Source of the DNA: a virus
Length of the DNA: 64,000 bases
Strand: one strand, 5' to 3'
Virus record (IMG/VR): IMGVR_UViG_3300030419_001484
Location: 1 to 64,000 of that record
The position numbers and the translations under genes are program-made. Below, in pieces: positions 38,476-48,548 of this stretch. Numbering within the stretch: position 1 is the stretch's first letter; the number at the start of each line of letters is the position of its first letter. Under the pieces are notes generated by a model. That model saw only the letters and a program-made list of their open reading frames with translations. It did no database searches and had not been told where the DNA came from.

Positions 38476-39860
38476 TGCAGAATGAAGTTCAGTACGCTGG
38501 TGATTTCGAAGTTGTTGAACTAAAAATGATTTTACCCACAGGTCAAATATTAAGTTTAGACGAAGATTTTGCTCTATCAGAGGTAAACATTTTTGAAGAT
38601 TTATTTTCACACTCTGTTATGGGTAATGTTATAGTTGCAGACACCAGAGAACTGATAACAAAAGGTGCATTTATTGGTCAAGAAAAATTGACACTTAAAA
38701 TACAAACACCATCTCCAGATTTTAAAACAAAGTTCAGTGACGGAACAACAAAGTTGATAGACTTTACCGAAGCACCTTTAACAATATACAAGATACCCTT
38801 GAGGACAGGGATAAGTAGTGGTGCTCAATTGTATGAACTACAATTCATATCAAGTCACGCAATAGTAAATTCAACAAAAAGAGTATCTAAATCATATGTT
38901 AAATCCAAATCTAATATTGGTGAGATGGTAAAAGATTTATTAATCACAGAATTAGGTATTCCATCTGATAGAGTAACAAAAAATGTTGAAGGGACTTTAG
39001 GTCGTAGGTCACTATTAGTGCAGAACGCAAATCCACTTGCATTTATTTCAAGATTATCTAAAGAAGCTATATCACAAGAAAATCATTCCTCTGAGTATGT
39101 ATTTTTTGCAAACAAAAATGGAGTGCATTTCAGAACTTTACAGAGTTTATTTGAAAGAGAACCTAGAGGTTTATTTCACGATGGTGATAAAGGTTTTGAT
39201 GAAAAATATTCAAACGACGTAGACTCTGGTAAGATGACACAAAGTTATAGAAGAATATTAGATTTTGAATTATTACAAGGTCATGACTTATTGTTTAACA
39301 CTTATAGTGGAATGATAGGTGGTAAAGTTGTAGAACATAATCTTTATCGTAAAAAGTTAGAAACAAAAACATTCAACTATTTTGACGATGAAAGTTATAA
39401 AAGTAATGAAAGAATAGATAAAGAAAGAATATATGTTCGTGATGCTCTTGAGGTATCTGACGATGATTTGACAAACACAAATATAAGTGTGATATCAAAC
39501 TCTAAGAATAAAGTAGAACAAGATATGTGGTTTGAACTTAAAAAAGATGCAAATCAGAGAAATAAAACCATACTTAGAAGACAATCTAAGTTTTCAGAAA
39601 TACGAAAAGGTATAAGTATTAAGATGGAAGTCACAGGATACACCGCTCTAACTGTTGGAGATATGATATTTGTAAACCTACAAAGTATAGGTGGTGATGA
39701 CAGTGATCCAGACAATAACAAATTTTATTCTGGTCTTTATCTCATACAAACACTCAGACATAAATTTTCATATCCAACCAAAACGCACACTATGGGAATG
39801 ACTGTTGTTAAAGATGGTGTACCTTTCCCATTAGAACCAGATAAGACTGCGTTTATTTAG
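38475..39860 (+). CDS. baseplate hub protein (gp27-like)
   Basis: IFEDLF..G, IGQEKL, LTVGDMI, SGLYLI; follows gp53. Confidence 0.65.
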   Translation: MQNEVQYAGDFEVVELKMILPTGQILSLDEDFALSEVNIFEDLFSHSVMGNVIVADTRELITKGAFIGQEKLTLKIQTPSPDFKTKFSDGTTKLIDFTEAPLTIYKIPLRTGISSGAQLYELQFISSHAIVNSTKRVSKSYVKSKSNIGEMVKDLLITELGIPSDRVTKNVEGTLGRRSLLVQNANPLAFISRLSKEAISQENHSSEYVFFANKNGVHFRTLQSLFEREPRGLFHDGDKGFDEKYSNDVDSGKMTQSYRRILDFELLQGHDLLFNTYSGMIGGKVVEHNLYRKKLETKTFNYFDDESYKSNERIDKERIYVRDALEVSDDDLTNTNISVISNSKNKVEQDMWFELKKDANQRNKTILRRQSKFSEIRKGISIKMEVTGYTALTVGDMIFVNLQSIGGDDSDPDNNKFYSGLYLIQTLRHKFSYPTKTHTMGMTVVKDGVPFPLEPDKTAFI

Positions 39861-39873
39861 AAAGGAGTAATAC

Positions 39874-40236
39874 ATGACAAACATTACCTCTTCAACAAAC
39901 TTGAACTTAACCGCTTCAGATAATGTTAATCTAAGTGGAGGAGCCACTTTTAGTGTGCAACATATTACTGGGCCAGGTGCAATTAATTTAACAGACACAG
40001 TAACAATGATGACAACAACTGGTGCAAATGCTTATACATTAGCAGATGGTACAGCAGAAGGTCAACTTAAAATAATCATAATGAAGGTAGACGGCGGCAA
40101 TGCTACTGTTACTCCAGATAACTATATAAACGGAACATCAATTTTATTCAATAATGTTAATGACACCATTGTATTGATGTGGCAATCCACTGGTTGGGTT
40201 CAATTAGCACGACAAAATGCAACTGTTCAAGGATAA
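39874..40236 (+). CDS. small structural beta protein, paralog of 1236..1709 C-terminal domain
   Basis: TLADGTAEGQLKII. Confidence 0.6.
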   Translation: MTNITSSTNLNLTASDNVNLSGGATFSVQHITGPGAINLTDTVTMMTTTGANAYTLADGTAEGQLKIIIMKVDGGNATVTPDNYINGTSILFNNVNDTIVLMWQSTGWVQLARQNATVQG

Positions 40237-40324
40237 TCACTTCAACAGGCAACAAAAATAAGTTAAAAGAAAGGAGATTCTATATCTTTGTAATGAACAA
40301 TTCATAATAAGGAGCAACAAATAC

Positions 40325-40504
40325 ATGACAAATAAATCCAGAATGAAACTAAAGAAGTTTAATTTTTTAAGTCAACATAGGAATACTACACCAGAGATTG
40401 CACCAACGAAACAGATTACTAAATATAGAATAAGAAGAAAAGAGCCACAGGATGAAAACATACTCACAATTATTAGAGGGAGTCAACGACCCCAATATAT
40501 TTAA
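40325..40504 (+). CDS. small basic protein overlapping the kinase start (not in ORF track)
   Basis: MTNKSRMKLKKF...RGSQRPQYI*; SD AAGGAG. Confidence 0.4.
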   Translation: MTNKSRMKLKKFNFLSQHRNTTPEIAPTKQITKYRIRRKEPQDENILTIIRGSQRPQYI

Positions 40505-41138
40505 AGCATTCTTCCTTGCGGGTGGGCCAGGCAGTGGTAAGTCCTACGTTGTTAGGAAAACCACTGGTGGTCTTGGAATGAGAATAGTGAACTCAGATGA
40601 TGCGTTTGAGAAAAAACTAAAAGATGCTGGACACTCTCTCGATATCAGAGCGATGGATAATATAGAGAGAGATAGAATTAGAGATGTCGCAAAACGAATT
40701 ACAAAGAAGAGACAAGCAAACTACATTGAAGGTAGACTTGGACTTATCATTGATGGTACAGGTAAAGATTTTGAAAAGATAACAAGACAGGCAAGAAACC
40801 TAGAAGCATTAGGTTACGATACACACATGATATTTGTGAACACATCACTTGATGTCGCATTACAGAGAAACGCAGAGAGAGCTAGAAAACTTGCAGAACC
40901 TATTGTTGTTCAGTCTTGGAATGATGTTCAGAAAAACATAGGTAAGTTCAATAATTACTTCAAAGGCAATTTCATAATCATTGATAACAATGATGCAAAA
41001 GAAGATGTGTTTACACAAGTATTCAAAAGAGTCAAATCACTTGCGAACAGAAAGATACAAAACAAGAGAGCGCAACAGTGGATTGACAACGAACTCAAAA
41101 TGAGAAACATCACCAAGTTCAAAAGAAGAGTTGTTTAA
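40452..41138 (+). CDS. P-loop kinase (zeta-toxin/AAA_33-like) with CTS-like N-terminus
   Basis: LAGGPGSGKS, VNSD, IIDGTG, ALQRNAER; MKTYSQLLE. Confidence 0.8.
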   Translation: MKTYSQLLEGVNDPNIFKAFFLAGGPGSGKSYVVRKTTGGLGMRIVNSDDAFEKKLKDAGHSLDIRAMDNIERDRIRDVAKRITKKRQANYIEGRLGLIIDGTGKDFEKITRQARNLEALGYDTHMIFVNTSLDVALQRNAERARKLAEPIVVQSWNDVQKNIGKFNNYFKGNFIIIDNNDAKEDVFTQVFKRVKSLANRKIQNKRAQQWIDNELKMRNITKFKRRVV

Positions 41139-41237
41139 TCTGCATATACACTATGCATTTAGTTTAGAGGTAAACTACTATAAATAGTTCTGTGTCCATT
41201 CAAGGACATATCATTTCAGAAAATAAGAGGTAAAAGA

Positions 41238-41510
41238 ATGTCAGTTGCAAGTACTGTGTATGATAGCACCTGTGTGGTGTGTGATTATGTTAACAATGTA
41301 GTAAGAAGAATGTGGTTAGGAATGCAGAGATCCAGACAATTATCTGCAAACTACAAGATATATGAGGAAATAAAAAGATTTGATGAAGATGCTGGTTACC
41401 ATCTCGCAAATATGAACGACAATACGAACAAACATTATGAAATAGAGATGTCCAAGACAAAACGAATCACTTGGGCGTGGGATATGAAAAACGACATAGA
41501 CAACGAATAG
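41238..41510 (+). CDS. hypothetical protein
   Basis: late promoter at 41179, SD GAGG. Confidence 0.6.
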   Translation: MSVASTVYDSTCVVCDYVNNVVRRMWLGMQRSRQLSANYKIYEEIKRFDEDAGYHLANMNDNTNKHYEIEMSKTKRITWAWDMKNDIDNE

Positions 41511-41548
41511 AATATCTACGAATTTCACCAATAAAAACAATGACTTAG

Positions 41549-41576
41549 AAAAAGGGGTTGACAAGCCCCTTTTTTT
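41549..41576 (+). terminator. intrinsic terminator whose loop is the -35 of the next promoter
   Basis: AAAGGGG-TTGACAAG-CCCC-TTTTTTT. Confidence 0.65.
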
Positions 41577-41618
41577 GTTGTATATTAATAGTATAGTTAA
41601 TAAGAGAGAGAAAAAAAT

Positions 41619-41900
41619 ATGACAAACGAAACAGTTTTTATTGAAGCAGAAAATGGTGGTATTGGTGTTTACATCGGTGCTGGTAACAAAGTTGGTTGGG
41701 CAAAGACCGCCAAGACGTTAAAGTACATACTAGACACTAAGAACATTAATGTGTTTGAAGATAGATTGTTTTTCACAAGTTCTATGGATTTTGCAGATGA
41801 GTATGGGTTTGAAACTCATGATGGTGGAAAAGAGATTTTCTACTCTGCACAGAATATGATACAAGATGAGATAATTGCAAACGGACAATTCGATGGATAA
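41619..41900 (+). CDS. early hypothetical protein
   Basis: own promoter and GAGAGAG leader; TSSMDFADEYGF. Confidence 0.7.
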   Translation: MTNETVFIEAENGGIGVYIGAGNKVGWAKTAKTLKYILDTKNINVFEDRLFFTSSMDFADEYGFETHDGGKEIFYSAQNMIQDEIIANGQFDG

Positions 41901-41979
41901 AAAAACACTTGACATTATTTGTCATTGTGATATTATAATAGTGTAAGTGATTCGTTTTTAATAAAAAAGAGAGGTTATT

Positions 41980-42147
41980 ATGAAAAGAAGTAAAATACAA
42001 GAATTACAAGCTTTAGTTGAAGATATGTATTGGGAATACGATAGAGTATCTTCTAGTGGTCAAAAGACCTTAGATAAAATTGCAAAATTAGTTGGTGTTG
42101 CAACTGAGGCTGAGATGAACGAAGTAATTGAAGGAAGTGGATCATAA
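41980..42147 (+). CDS. early hypothetical protein (not in ORF track)
   Basis: DMYWEYDRVSSSGQKTLDKIA; own promoter. Confidence 0.65.
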   Translation: MKRSKIQELQALVEDMYWEYDRVSSSGQKTLDKIAKLVGVATEAEMNEVIEGSGS

Positions 42148-42340
42148 TGGATTTAGAAACACTACAAGAAATAAAGTGGAGATTAGAAAGTGCATCTAGG
42201 TTGTACCTAGAAGGTAACCACTCAGCATCGTCTTGGGCTGTACATGAGGTTATGGGTATATTGAAAGTAGTAGAAGAAAAACTACTTGACTCTGAAAACG
42301 AATCATGTTAGTATGTAAGTGAAGTTAAAAGAGAGAGAAT

Positions 42341-42526
42341 ATGAAAACATTAGATACAAATTTGAAAAAAGTAAAAGACTTGTACATGACATACAGTGCA
42401 ATTCTTGCTGGTAATTGGATTGGTGATTTAGATGCAATCGAAGATCAGATTGCTGATTTATGTGAAAAATCAAATATAGATTTGTTAGAAGTCATTGCAA
42501 AAATTGACAATGAAAATTTAAATTAG
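42341..42526 (+). CDS. early hypothetical protein
   Basis: own promoter and GAGAGAG leader. Confidence 0.65.
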   Translation: MKTLDTNLKKVKDLYMTYSAILAGNWIGDLDAIEDQIADLCEKSNIDLLEVIAKIDNENLN

Positions 42527-42540
42527 AGAGAAGGTATATT

Positions 42541-42795
42541 ATGAATAAATTATCAAAAATAAATGATCAACTTATGGGCCTATCGGTTTCGGAGTTAGGT
42601 CAAGTTTCGAGGATGATTGATAGTATCAAGACTTTGAAAAGTAAATCAAGTCTATTCGTTGGACAGAACGTGTTTGTTGTTCAGAAAACAAAGAAAACGC
42701 CTGGAGTGGTTGAGAAAATCAATCAGACTAGAGCACTTGTTAAAATGCGAGGTACATTGTTTAATGTTCCTTTCACAATGTTGGAGGCTGCGTAA
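42541..42795 (+). CDS. SH3/KOW-like early protein
   Basis: VGQNVFVVQKTKKTPGVVEKINQTRALV; ends LEAA. Confidence 0.65.
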   Translation: MNKLSKINDQLMGLSVSELGQVSRMIDSIKTLKSKSSLFVGQNVFVVQKTKKTPGVVEKINQTRALVKMRGTLFNVPFTMLEAA

Positions 42796-42920
42796 TGAAA
42801 ATGTCAGAAGCAATTGCAATTATTTTAGAAAACCCCTTGACATCTTTGATGGAATTTGTTACACTATCCATGATGTTCACTTGTTTTTATTTTGCGTTAA
42901 TTATATTTTAGGAGAGAGAA

Positions 42921-43232
42921 ATGAATAAGAAGTTATTAGATAATTATGATAAGATGGTAGTAAAGGACACTGTTGCAGTGATACATTGTGCGTTTGGTGA
43001 TACACCACATACAGTTGCAATGGTATCAGTAGATAAAGGATTATTAGATACAGAGAAATGTGATAAAGCGTTCATGTTGACAAATTCAATAGACAATGCA
43101 TGGTGGAAGAACAAAGAAGTTACACCCATGTTTCCTAACGATGGTTGTCGATCAACGAGTGTAGGTGACCAAGTATTAGTTGGTAATACAAAGTATGAGT
43201 GTTCACCTTATGGTTGGGAAATAGTTACTTAA
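42921..43232 (+). CDS. conserved early protein (YodL-like RSTSVGD motif)
   Basis: RSTSVGDQVLV. Confidence 0.6.
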   Translation: MNKKLLDNYDKMVVKDTVAVIHCAFGDTPHTVAMVSVDKGLLDTEKCDKAFMLTNSIDNAWWKNKEVTPMFPNDGCRSTSVGDQVLVGNTKYECSPYGWEIVT

Positions 43233-43242
43233 TGGAGATGAT

Positions 43243-43843
43243 ATGATTACAGAATATATTGCAAAACCAAACCTAAATAATAACATAGGATTAAAGACTT
43301 TCACGTTAGAGTCTGATGCGATTAAGTATCTTGAAGAATATACGGGCTACGAGATGTCGTTTGAAAAGAACAAGAAGACGGGCGAAAAGTATTCTGATTG
43401 GTATCTTATTGATAAGTTGATTAAGGTGGATAAGACAGCATGAAATCATGGGTGTTAATAACAACCATTTTATTTACGACTCCAGAGAAAGACTTTTCTG
43501 GTGTTGTTGTATATGAGTTTAAAAATCGTATAGAGTGTGATGTAAGGTTACAGAAAACACAAAATATGGAAATGAAGATTAATGATTTTATGAGTATGAA
43601 AGTAGATAATAGATGTGAGGAGAAAAAATGAAAGTATTAAGATTTTTGAGATGGGGATTTAAAGACATGGATACTTATACCATGAGAACACTAACTTTTG
43701 GTATGGTGGGTCTAGGTGGTTTACTCGTACATAGTCCTTATTGGATGTTAGGTGGTTTATTTTGTATGTGGTTAGATTTTATGTATCAGATTTTTAAAGA
43801 TAGATGGGAAGAATTTACAAGGGTAGAAAATGAAAAAAGTTAG
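43243..43843 (+). CDS. three small hypothetical genes (43243-43443, 43440-43631, 43628-43843)
   Basis: overlapping ATGA-coupled ORFs, two hydrophobic. Confidence 0.55.
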
Positions 43844-43945
43844 AGATATTTTAGACAAATATGGTGAGGGTACTAAGTGGGACTTAGACTATGGTAAATT
43901 AGTTATACTTGGTCTTTGTATTTACATTGCAATAAAGGTATCTTA

Positions 43946-44164
43946 ATGTTCACGATATACACAAAACCAGATTGTAATTTTTGTGTTAAAGCAAAAGATT
44001 TACTCAACTTGAGAGGAGAACCTTTCATGGAAGTTGATATATCTAAGGATACTAGAGCAAAAGACAAACTAAAGAGTCAAGGGTTCAAAACTGTTCCCCA
44101 GATTTTTTATCCAGATGGTAAACACTTTGGTGACTATCTGAAACTGGAGAGCAATTATGTATGA
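43946..44164 (+). CDS. glutaredoxin
   Basis: YTKPDCNFC, KTVPQIF. Confidence 0.9.
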   Translation: MFTIYTKPDCNFCVKAKDLLNLRGEPFMEVDISKDTRAKDKLKSQGFKTVPQIFYPDGKHFGDYLKLESNYV

Positions 44165-44552
44165 GTATAAGTGTAAGGTAGTTCACATAGTAGATGGTGA
44201 TACTGTTGACGTAGATATAGATTTAGGGTTTGGAGTGTGGATGCGTAAACAAAGAGTAAGACTCTATGGTATAGATACACCAGAATCAAGAACAAGTGAT
44301 GCAGACGAAAAGGTATATGGTCTGGCCGCAAAGGAGTTCTTGACAAAGTGGTTGACCTCTGGTGGAGTATCAATAAGAACACACAAAGATGCGAAAGGTA
44401 AGTTTGGTCGTATACTTGGTGAGATGTGGTGTTTTGACACTAATGTAAATGAGAAGATGATTGAAGAACATCATGCAGTAAGATATCATGGACAATCTAA
44501 AGATGATATCGCAGAAGAACATTTGAAAAATAGGGAATTAGTTAAAATATGA
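44157..44552 (+). CDS. thermonuclease (SNase) family nuclease
   Basis: VDGDTVDV, RLYGIDTPES, GKFGRILG. Confidence 0.9.
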   Translation: MYEYKCKVVHIVDGDTVDVDIDLGFGVWMRKQRVRLYGIDTPESRTSDADEKVYGLAAKEFLTKWLTSGGVSIRTHKDAKGKFGRILGEMWCFDTNVNEKMIEEHHAVRYHGQSKDDIAEEHLKNRELVKI

Positions 44553-45310
44553 CAGAACAAATTATGACACACCCAACATCATTTGAAGTTACAAAATGGT
44601 TTGGGCCACAAACTGCGACAGTGATGTTACCAGATGATGCTTTAAGTACATTAGTTAACATGACAGATGATATCATTAATGATAAAAAATCTAAAACACA
44701 TGGTCAAAGTCTTGCTGGAGTGATTGACACTGAATTAAGAATTTACAAATCTGACATGGACAAATGTGGATTTGATCAACTATTTGAATCATGTGTCAAA
44801 AGTTATGTGGTACACTGTGCAAAAACTCATGGATTTTTTAAACCAGATTACAATTTTGAAACGTCAGTAAACTCTGCATGGGTGGTATCACAATACCAAA
44901 ATGAATATAATCCATTACACAATCACACTGGTTGTGAGTTAAGTGGAGTGATATATTTAAAAACACCAAGTGTAAAAGGTCGTAGAAATCTTGAGTCTAA
45001 AAAGGGTAAAATAGAGGGTGATGGTGATATAAACTTTGTTTACAATGCAGCCTCTCAGAGAAACCAAGACATATTCGAAAAAGGTCTTGTGCAGATAACA
45101 CCCACGCCTGGTTTGATGTTGATGTTTCCGTCATATCTTTTACATACTGTGTATCCATTTGTCGGTGAGGGTGAAAGAAGATGTATTGCATTTAATGGAA
45201 CTTATAGAATAACAGAAACACTTGATGGTGGTTCTGTTAACTTAATCGCTGGTAATATGCAAGGTGTAAAAAATAAACATTTCTATTTGGAGGAAAAACC
45301 AAGTGAGTAG
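44549..45310 (+). CDS. 2OG-Fe(II)-type oxygenase (HxH type)
   Basis: YNPLHNH, FPSYLLHTVYPF, RRCIAFN. Confidence 0.85.
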   Translation: MTEQIMTHPTSFEVTKWFGPQTATVMLPDDALSTLVNMTDDIINDKKSKTHGQSLAGVIDTELRIYKSDMDKCGFDQLFESCVKSYVVHCAKTHGFFKPDYNFETSVNSAWVVSQYQNEYNPLHNHTGCELSGVIYLKTPSVKGRRNLESKKGKIEGDGDINFVYNAASQRNQDIFEKGLVQITPTPGLMLMFPSYLLHTVYPFVGEGERRCIAFNGTYRITETLDGGSVNLIAGNMQGVKNKHFYLEEKPSE

Positions 45311-45497
45311 AAGTCAACAAATGAATCATATAAGACATTTAGAGTTTGAGATTAAAGAATTAGAGGGTAGATTGCAACCACATGACACTGGACATATCCA
45401 CACTACAATATCTGTGTTGACAGAAAGACTAGAAGAAATACAAAAAGAATTAGATGAACACAAAGTAGAAGAACCAATAGAAGCTCATGATGGTTAG
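45303..45497 (+). CDS. conserved small phage protein
   Basis: LQPHDTGHIHTTISVL. Confidence 0.65.
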   Translation: MSRSQQMNHIRHLEFEIKELEGRLQPHDTGHIHTTISVLTERLEEIQKELDEHKVEEPIEAHDG

Positions 45498-45882
45498 ACT
45501 ATATGTGAAATAGGAGAGTAAAATGATGACATATATTGCACTAGGAGTAGTACTCATAGTATGTTTAGGTTTAGTAGTTTGGTATATTAATAGTATCACG
45601 AAGAAAATACCATGATCTATGGATTTATTTTAGTCGTTGTATGGATATTACCTAGTGGTGTTGTGACAGGTGATGCGTTGAATTGGTATGATAACCCAAC
45701 CTCTTGTTGGGAAGATGCTATTCGTATGAAAGAGGATAGTGAATTGGGATTTAGTTATGTTTGTGTAGAGGATACAGGAGCATCATCATGAAAATAACTG
45801 AGGGAACTGCACTTGGAATCATGGTAGTAATCATGGTCACTGGAACACTTGCACTTAATATACTCGTACAAGGATTTATTGG

Positions 45883-46533
45883 TTGAGAGTAGATTTAGTA
45901 GATAAAATGGGTAGTGACCTTACAGTAGTCAATGCAGCCCGAGTGTCCTTTGCAAAAAAGTCTAATTGGGATGACATACCATTTGCAGAGGGAAACGTAC
46001 TCAAGGACTCAGATACACGACTTATAAAGTATCTTGCAAAACATAATCACTGGAGTCCATTCGCACACGCATCATTACAGTTACACATTAAGGCACCCAT
46101 ATTCGTTGCACGACAGTTAGTCAAACACCAAGTCGGTCTGGTGTGGAACGAGATATCTAGAAGATATGTAGACACAGAGCCAGAGTTTTATATTCCAAAG
46201 GTCTGGAGAAAAAGACCAGCGGAGAATATCAAACAAGGGTCGGATGAGTCCGAAACTATCAAGTATGGTATTGATGGTACAATGATGTTTGTAAAAGAAA
46301 CGTATCAAAATCTACTGAAAGAAGGAATTGCACCAGAGATGGCGAGGATGGTTCTACCACAGAACCTATATACAGAGTGGTATTGGAGTGGAACACTCTA
46401 TGCATTTTCAAGAGTGTGTAATCTAAGATGTGCAGAAGACACACAATCGGAAACAAGAGTGATTGCAGACGGAATACAAAAGATATGTGCGAAAGAGTTT
46501 CCGATAAGTTGGAAGGAGTTATATCATGGGTAG
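45883..46533 (+). CDS. thyX: flavin-dependent thymidylate synthase
   Basis: VVNAARVS, HWSPF, VARQLVKH, NEISRRY, ARMVLPQ. Confidence 0.95.
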   Translation: MRVDLVDKMGSDLTVVNAARVSFAKKSNWDDIPFAEGNVLKDSDTRLIKYLAKHNHWSPFAHASLQLHIKAPIFVARQLVKHQVGLVWNEISRRYVDTEPEFYIPKVWRKRPAENIKQGSDESETIKYGIDGTMMFVKETYQNLLKEGIAPEMARMVLPQNLYTEWYWSGTLYAFSRVCNLRCAEDTQSETRVIADGIQKICAKEFPISWKELYHG

Positions 46534-46744
46534 AAAATTAATACACGAACATTGGGGTGATAGTGATAATAATCGAAGTGCAAAGATATATCATGTAGAA
46601 GATATCATGGATTTCTTTGAGGTTGATTTTTATGAAGATGAACAACTCAAAGAAAGTCGTCAGATGATAACAAACGGAGTTGCACATAGTGAGAGATACG
46701 CTGAAGATGCGGCTGAGAATTGGTGTTTGGGATATATACCTTGA
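46526..46744 (+). CDS. conserved small T4-like protein
   Basis: HSERYAEDAAENW. Confidence 0.7.
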   Translation: MGRKLIHEHWGDSDNNRSAKIYHVEDIMDFFEVDFYEDEQLKESRQMITNGVAHSERYAEDAAENWCLGYIP

Positions 46745-46884
46745 TGGATTTGTTTCGACATTTGAGGATACATACGCAGAAGAAACCAGAAGAAGGCCCA
46801 GAGGAGATGGACTTTCCAGAGATGTATCTAATGGGTCTGGGTGCAACAACAGAACTACCAGATAATTTTGAAAGGAAGAAAACT

Positions 46885-47058
46885 ATGAATTGTTATCACT
46901 GTGAAACAGAGCTTACATGGGGTGGTGACCATGACATAGAAGAAGAATTTGATCATGTGGATGCACACAAGATGGTGACTAATCTCACTTGTCCGAATTG
47001 TGCGACATTTCATTTGGTCTACACACCAAAGTCATTTTTTGAAGAAGGAGAAACATAA
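46885..47058 (+). CDS. zinc-ribbon protein
   Basis: MNCYHCETELTWGGDHD..CPNC. Confidence 0.7.
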   Translation: MNCYHCETELTWGGDHDIEEEFDHVDAHKMVTNLTCPNCATFHLVYTPKSFFEEGET

Positions 47059-47270
47059 TGAACGGATTACACTTTTTATTTATAGGAATTGCACTACTGA
47101 TGATGATGTCAGTAACAGGTTGTAATACACCATACATCACGAAAGATGGTGAGAGATTACTATCAAACTCAGTGGTAGGTTGTGCAGTAGGTCAAGTATT
47201 CTTTGATGATTGTGGAGCAGGAGCTGCAGTGGCTGCTGGTGCAACAATCATTGATGATCAAACAAAATGA
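47058..47270 (+). CDS. small lipoprotein
   Basis: lipobox VTGC; glycine-zipper tail. Confidence 0.6.
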   Translation: MNGLHFLFIGIALLMMMSVTGCNTPYITKDGERLLSNSVVGCAVGQVFFDDCGAGAAVAAGATIIDDQTK

Positions 47271-47821
47271 GTTATGCAACTTGGGACTACTGGACATACA
47301 GAGATTATATCCCACATTACATATGTGATGAGTTAATAAAAAACCACAATAATTTTGATCATGGAACTTTACGAGGTGGTACGATAGATGAAGACATGAG
47401 AAGGAGTGGTGTATGTTGGATAAATTCATCATTCTGGATAAATTTATTTTTTGATATAATTCTAAGAGCAAATCAAGAATCTGAGTTGAATTATAATATA
47501 GTTGGTATGGAGGATTTACAACTCACTAGATATGTCGCACCAGATGGACATTATGATTTTCACATTGATGGAGATGGACACACAAGAAAAAATGTTGATG
47601 ACAATGTAAGAAAACTATCAATGAGTTGTTTACTTACAGACCCAAAAGAATTTGAGGGTGGAAAGTTTCAGTGTCAAAATGGTGGTGAACCATATGATGT
47701 AGAACTCAACAAGGGTGATATTGTCGTATTCCCATCCTATACTTTACATAGAGTTTCCCCTGTAACAAAGGGAGAACGATATTCATTAGTCGCATGGGCC
47801 AATGGAAAGGCATTTACATGA
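47267..47821 (+). CDS. 2OG-Fe(II) oxygenase (PKHD/P4Hc-like)
   Basis: YDFHID, RKLS, FPSYTLHRVSPVTKGERYSLVAW. Confidence 0.9.
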   Translation: MSYATWDYWTYRDYIPHYICDELIKNHNNFDHGTLRGGTIDEDMRRSGVCWINSSFWINLFFDIILRANQESELNYNIVGMEDLQLTRYVAPDGHYDFHIDGDGHTRKNVDDNVRKLSMSCLLTDPKEFEGGKFQCQNGGEPYDVELNKGDIVVFPSYTLHRVSPVTKGERYSLVAWANGKAFT

Positions 47822-48008
47822 AAACACTTGCGTGGGTATTGGTTATACTCAATCAATCACAGACAATTAGTGATGATGAGTTGATATATCCAAGTCTACA
47901 GAAGTGTGAAATGTACGAAAAACAAATCAATCGACCACTTCAAAAAATACAAACATATACATTTTCTGCGTACTGTAAACCCACAGTAATCGACAGAGTA
48001 GAAGAATA

Positions 48009-48548
48009 GTGAGAATAATCCACTTCAATGAGCCATGGCAGCATTTTGAGGTGTATGATTTTATATCATATAATGAACATAAAGAGATAAAAAAACTATT
48101 TAAAACTTTCCCAGATCCACGTTCAACTAATGATAGAATAAGTCACAAGATAGAAAATGAAATGTTGAGAGAAAGATTTAAAGAATTACTTAGATTATTA
48201 AACGTGGAGTGGAACGAGAATAAACACTCAATACACATGGAATTAGACAAAATATCACCTAAATTCAAGTTTCAAATACACACAGATATATGGACAAAGG
48301 TGTTGTCTCTCATCATACATATATCAGAGACAGGACATGGAACAAGGTTATATTCACCACATAAGTCATTTGATGAGTGGCGAACACTGGTTAGAACAAT
48401 GAACTGGACACCAAGAGGTGGTGGTGGGTTTTTAAGAACAGATGAAACTTATCATAGTTTTGACACAATAGAGGACAATATGATGAGACAGACGATACTA
48501 CTAACACTAAGACAAAATAAAAACTGGATGACAGGAGAAGACAATTGA
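48009..48548 (+). CDS. 2OG-Fe(II)-type oxygenase
   Basis: IHTD, GTRLY, YHSF, RQTI. Confidence 0.7.
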   Translation: MRIIHFNEPWQHFEVYDFISYNEHKEIKKLFKTFPDPRSTNDRISHKIENEMLRERFKELLRLLNVEWNENKHSIHMELDKISPKFKFQIHTDIWTKVLSLIIHISETGHGTRLYSPHKSFDEWRTLVRTMNWTPRGGGGFLRTDETYHSFDTIEDNMMRQTILLTLRQNKNWMTGEDN

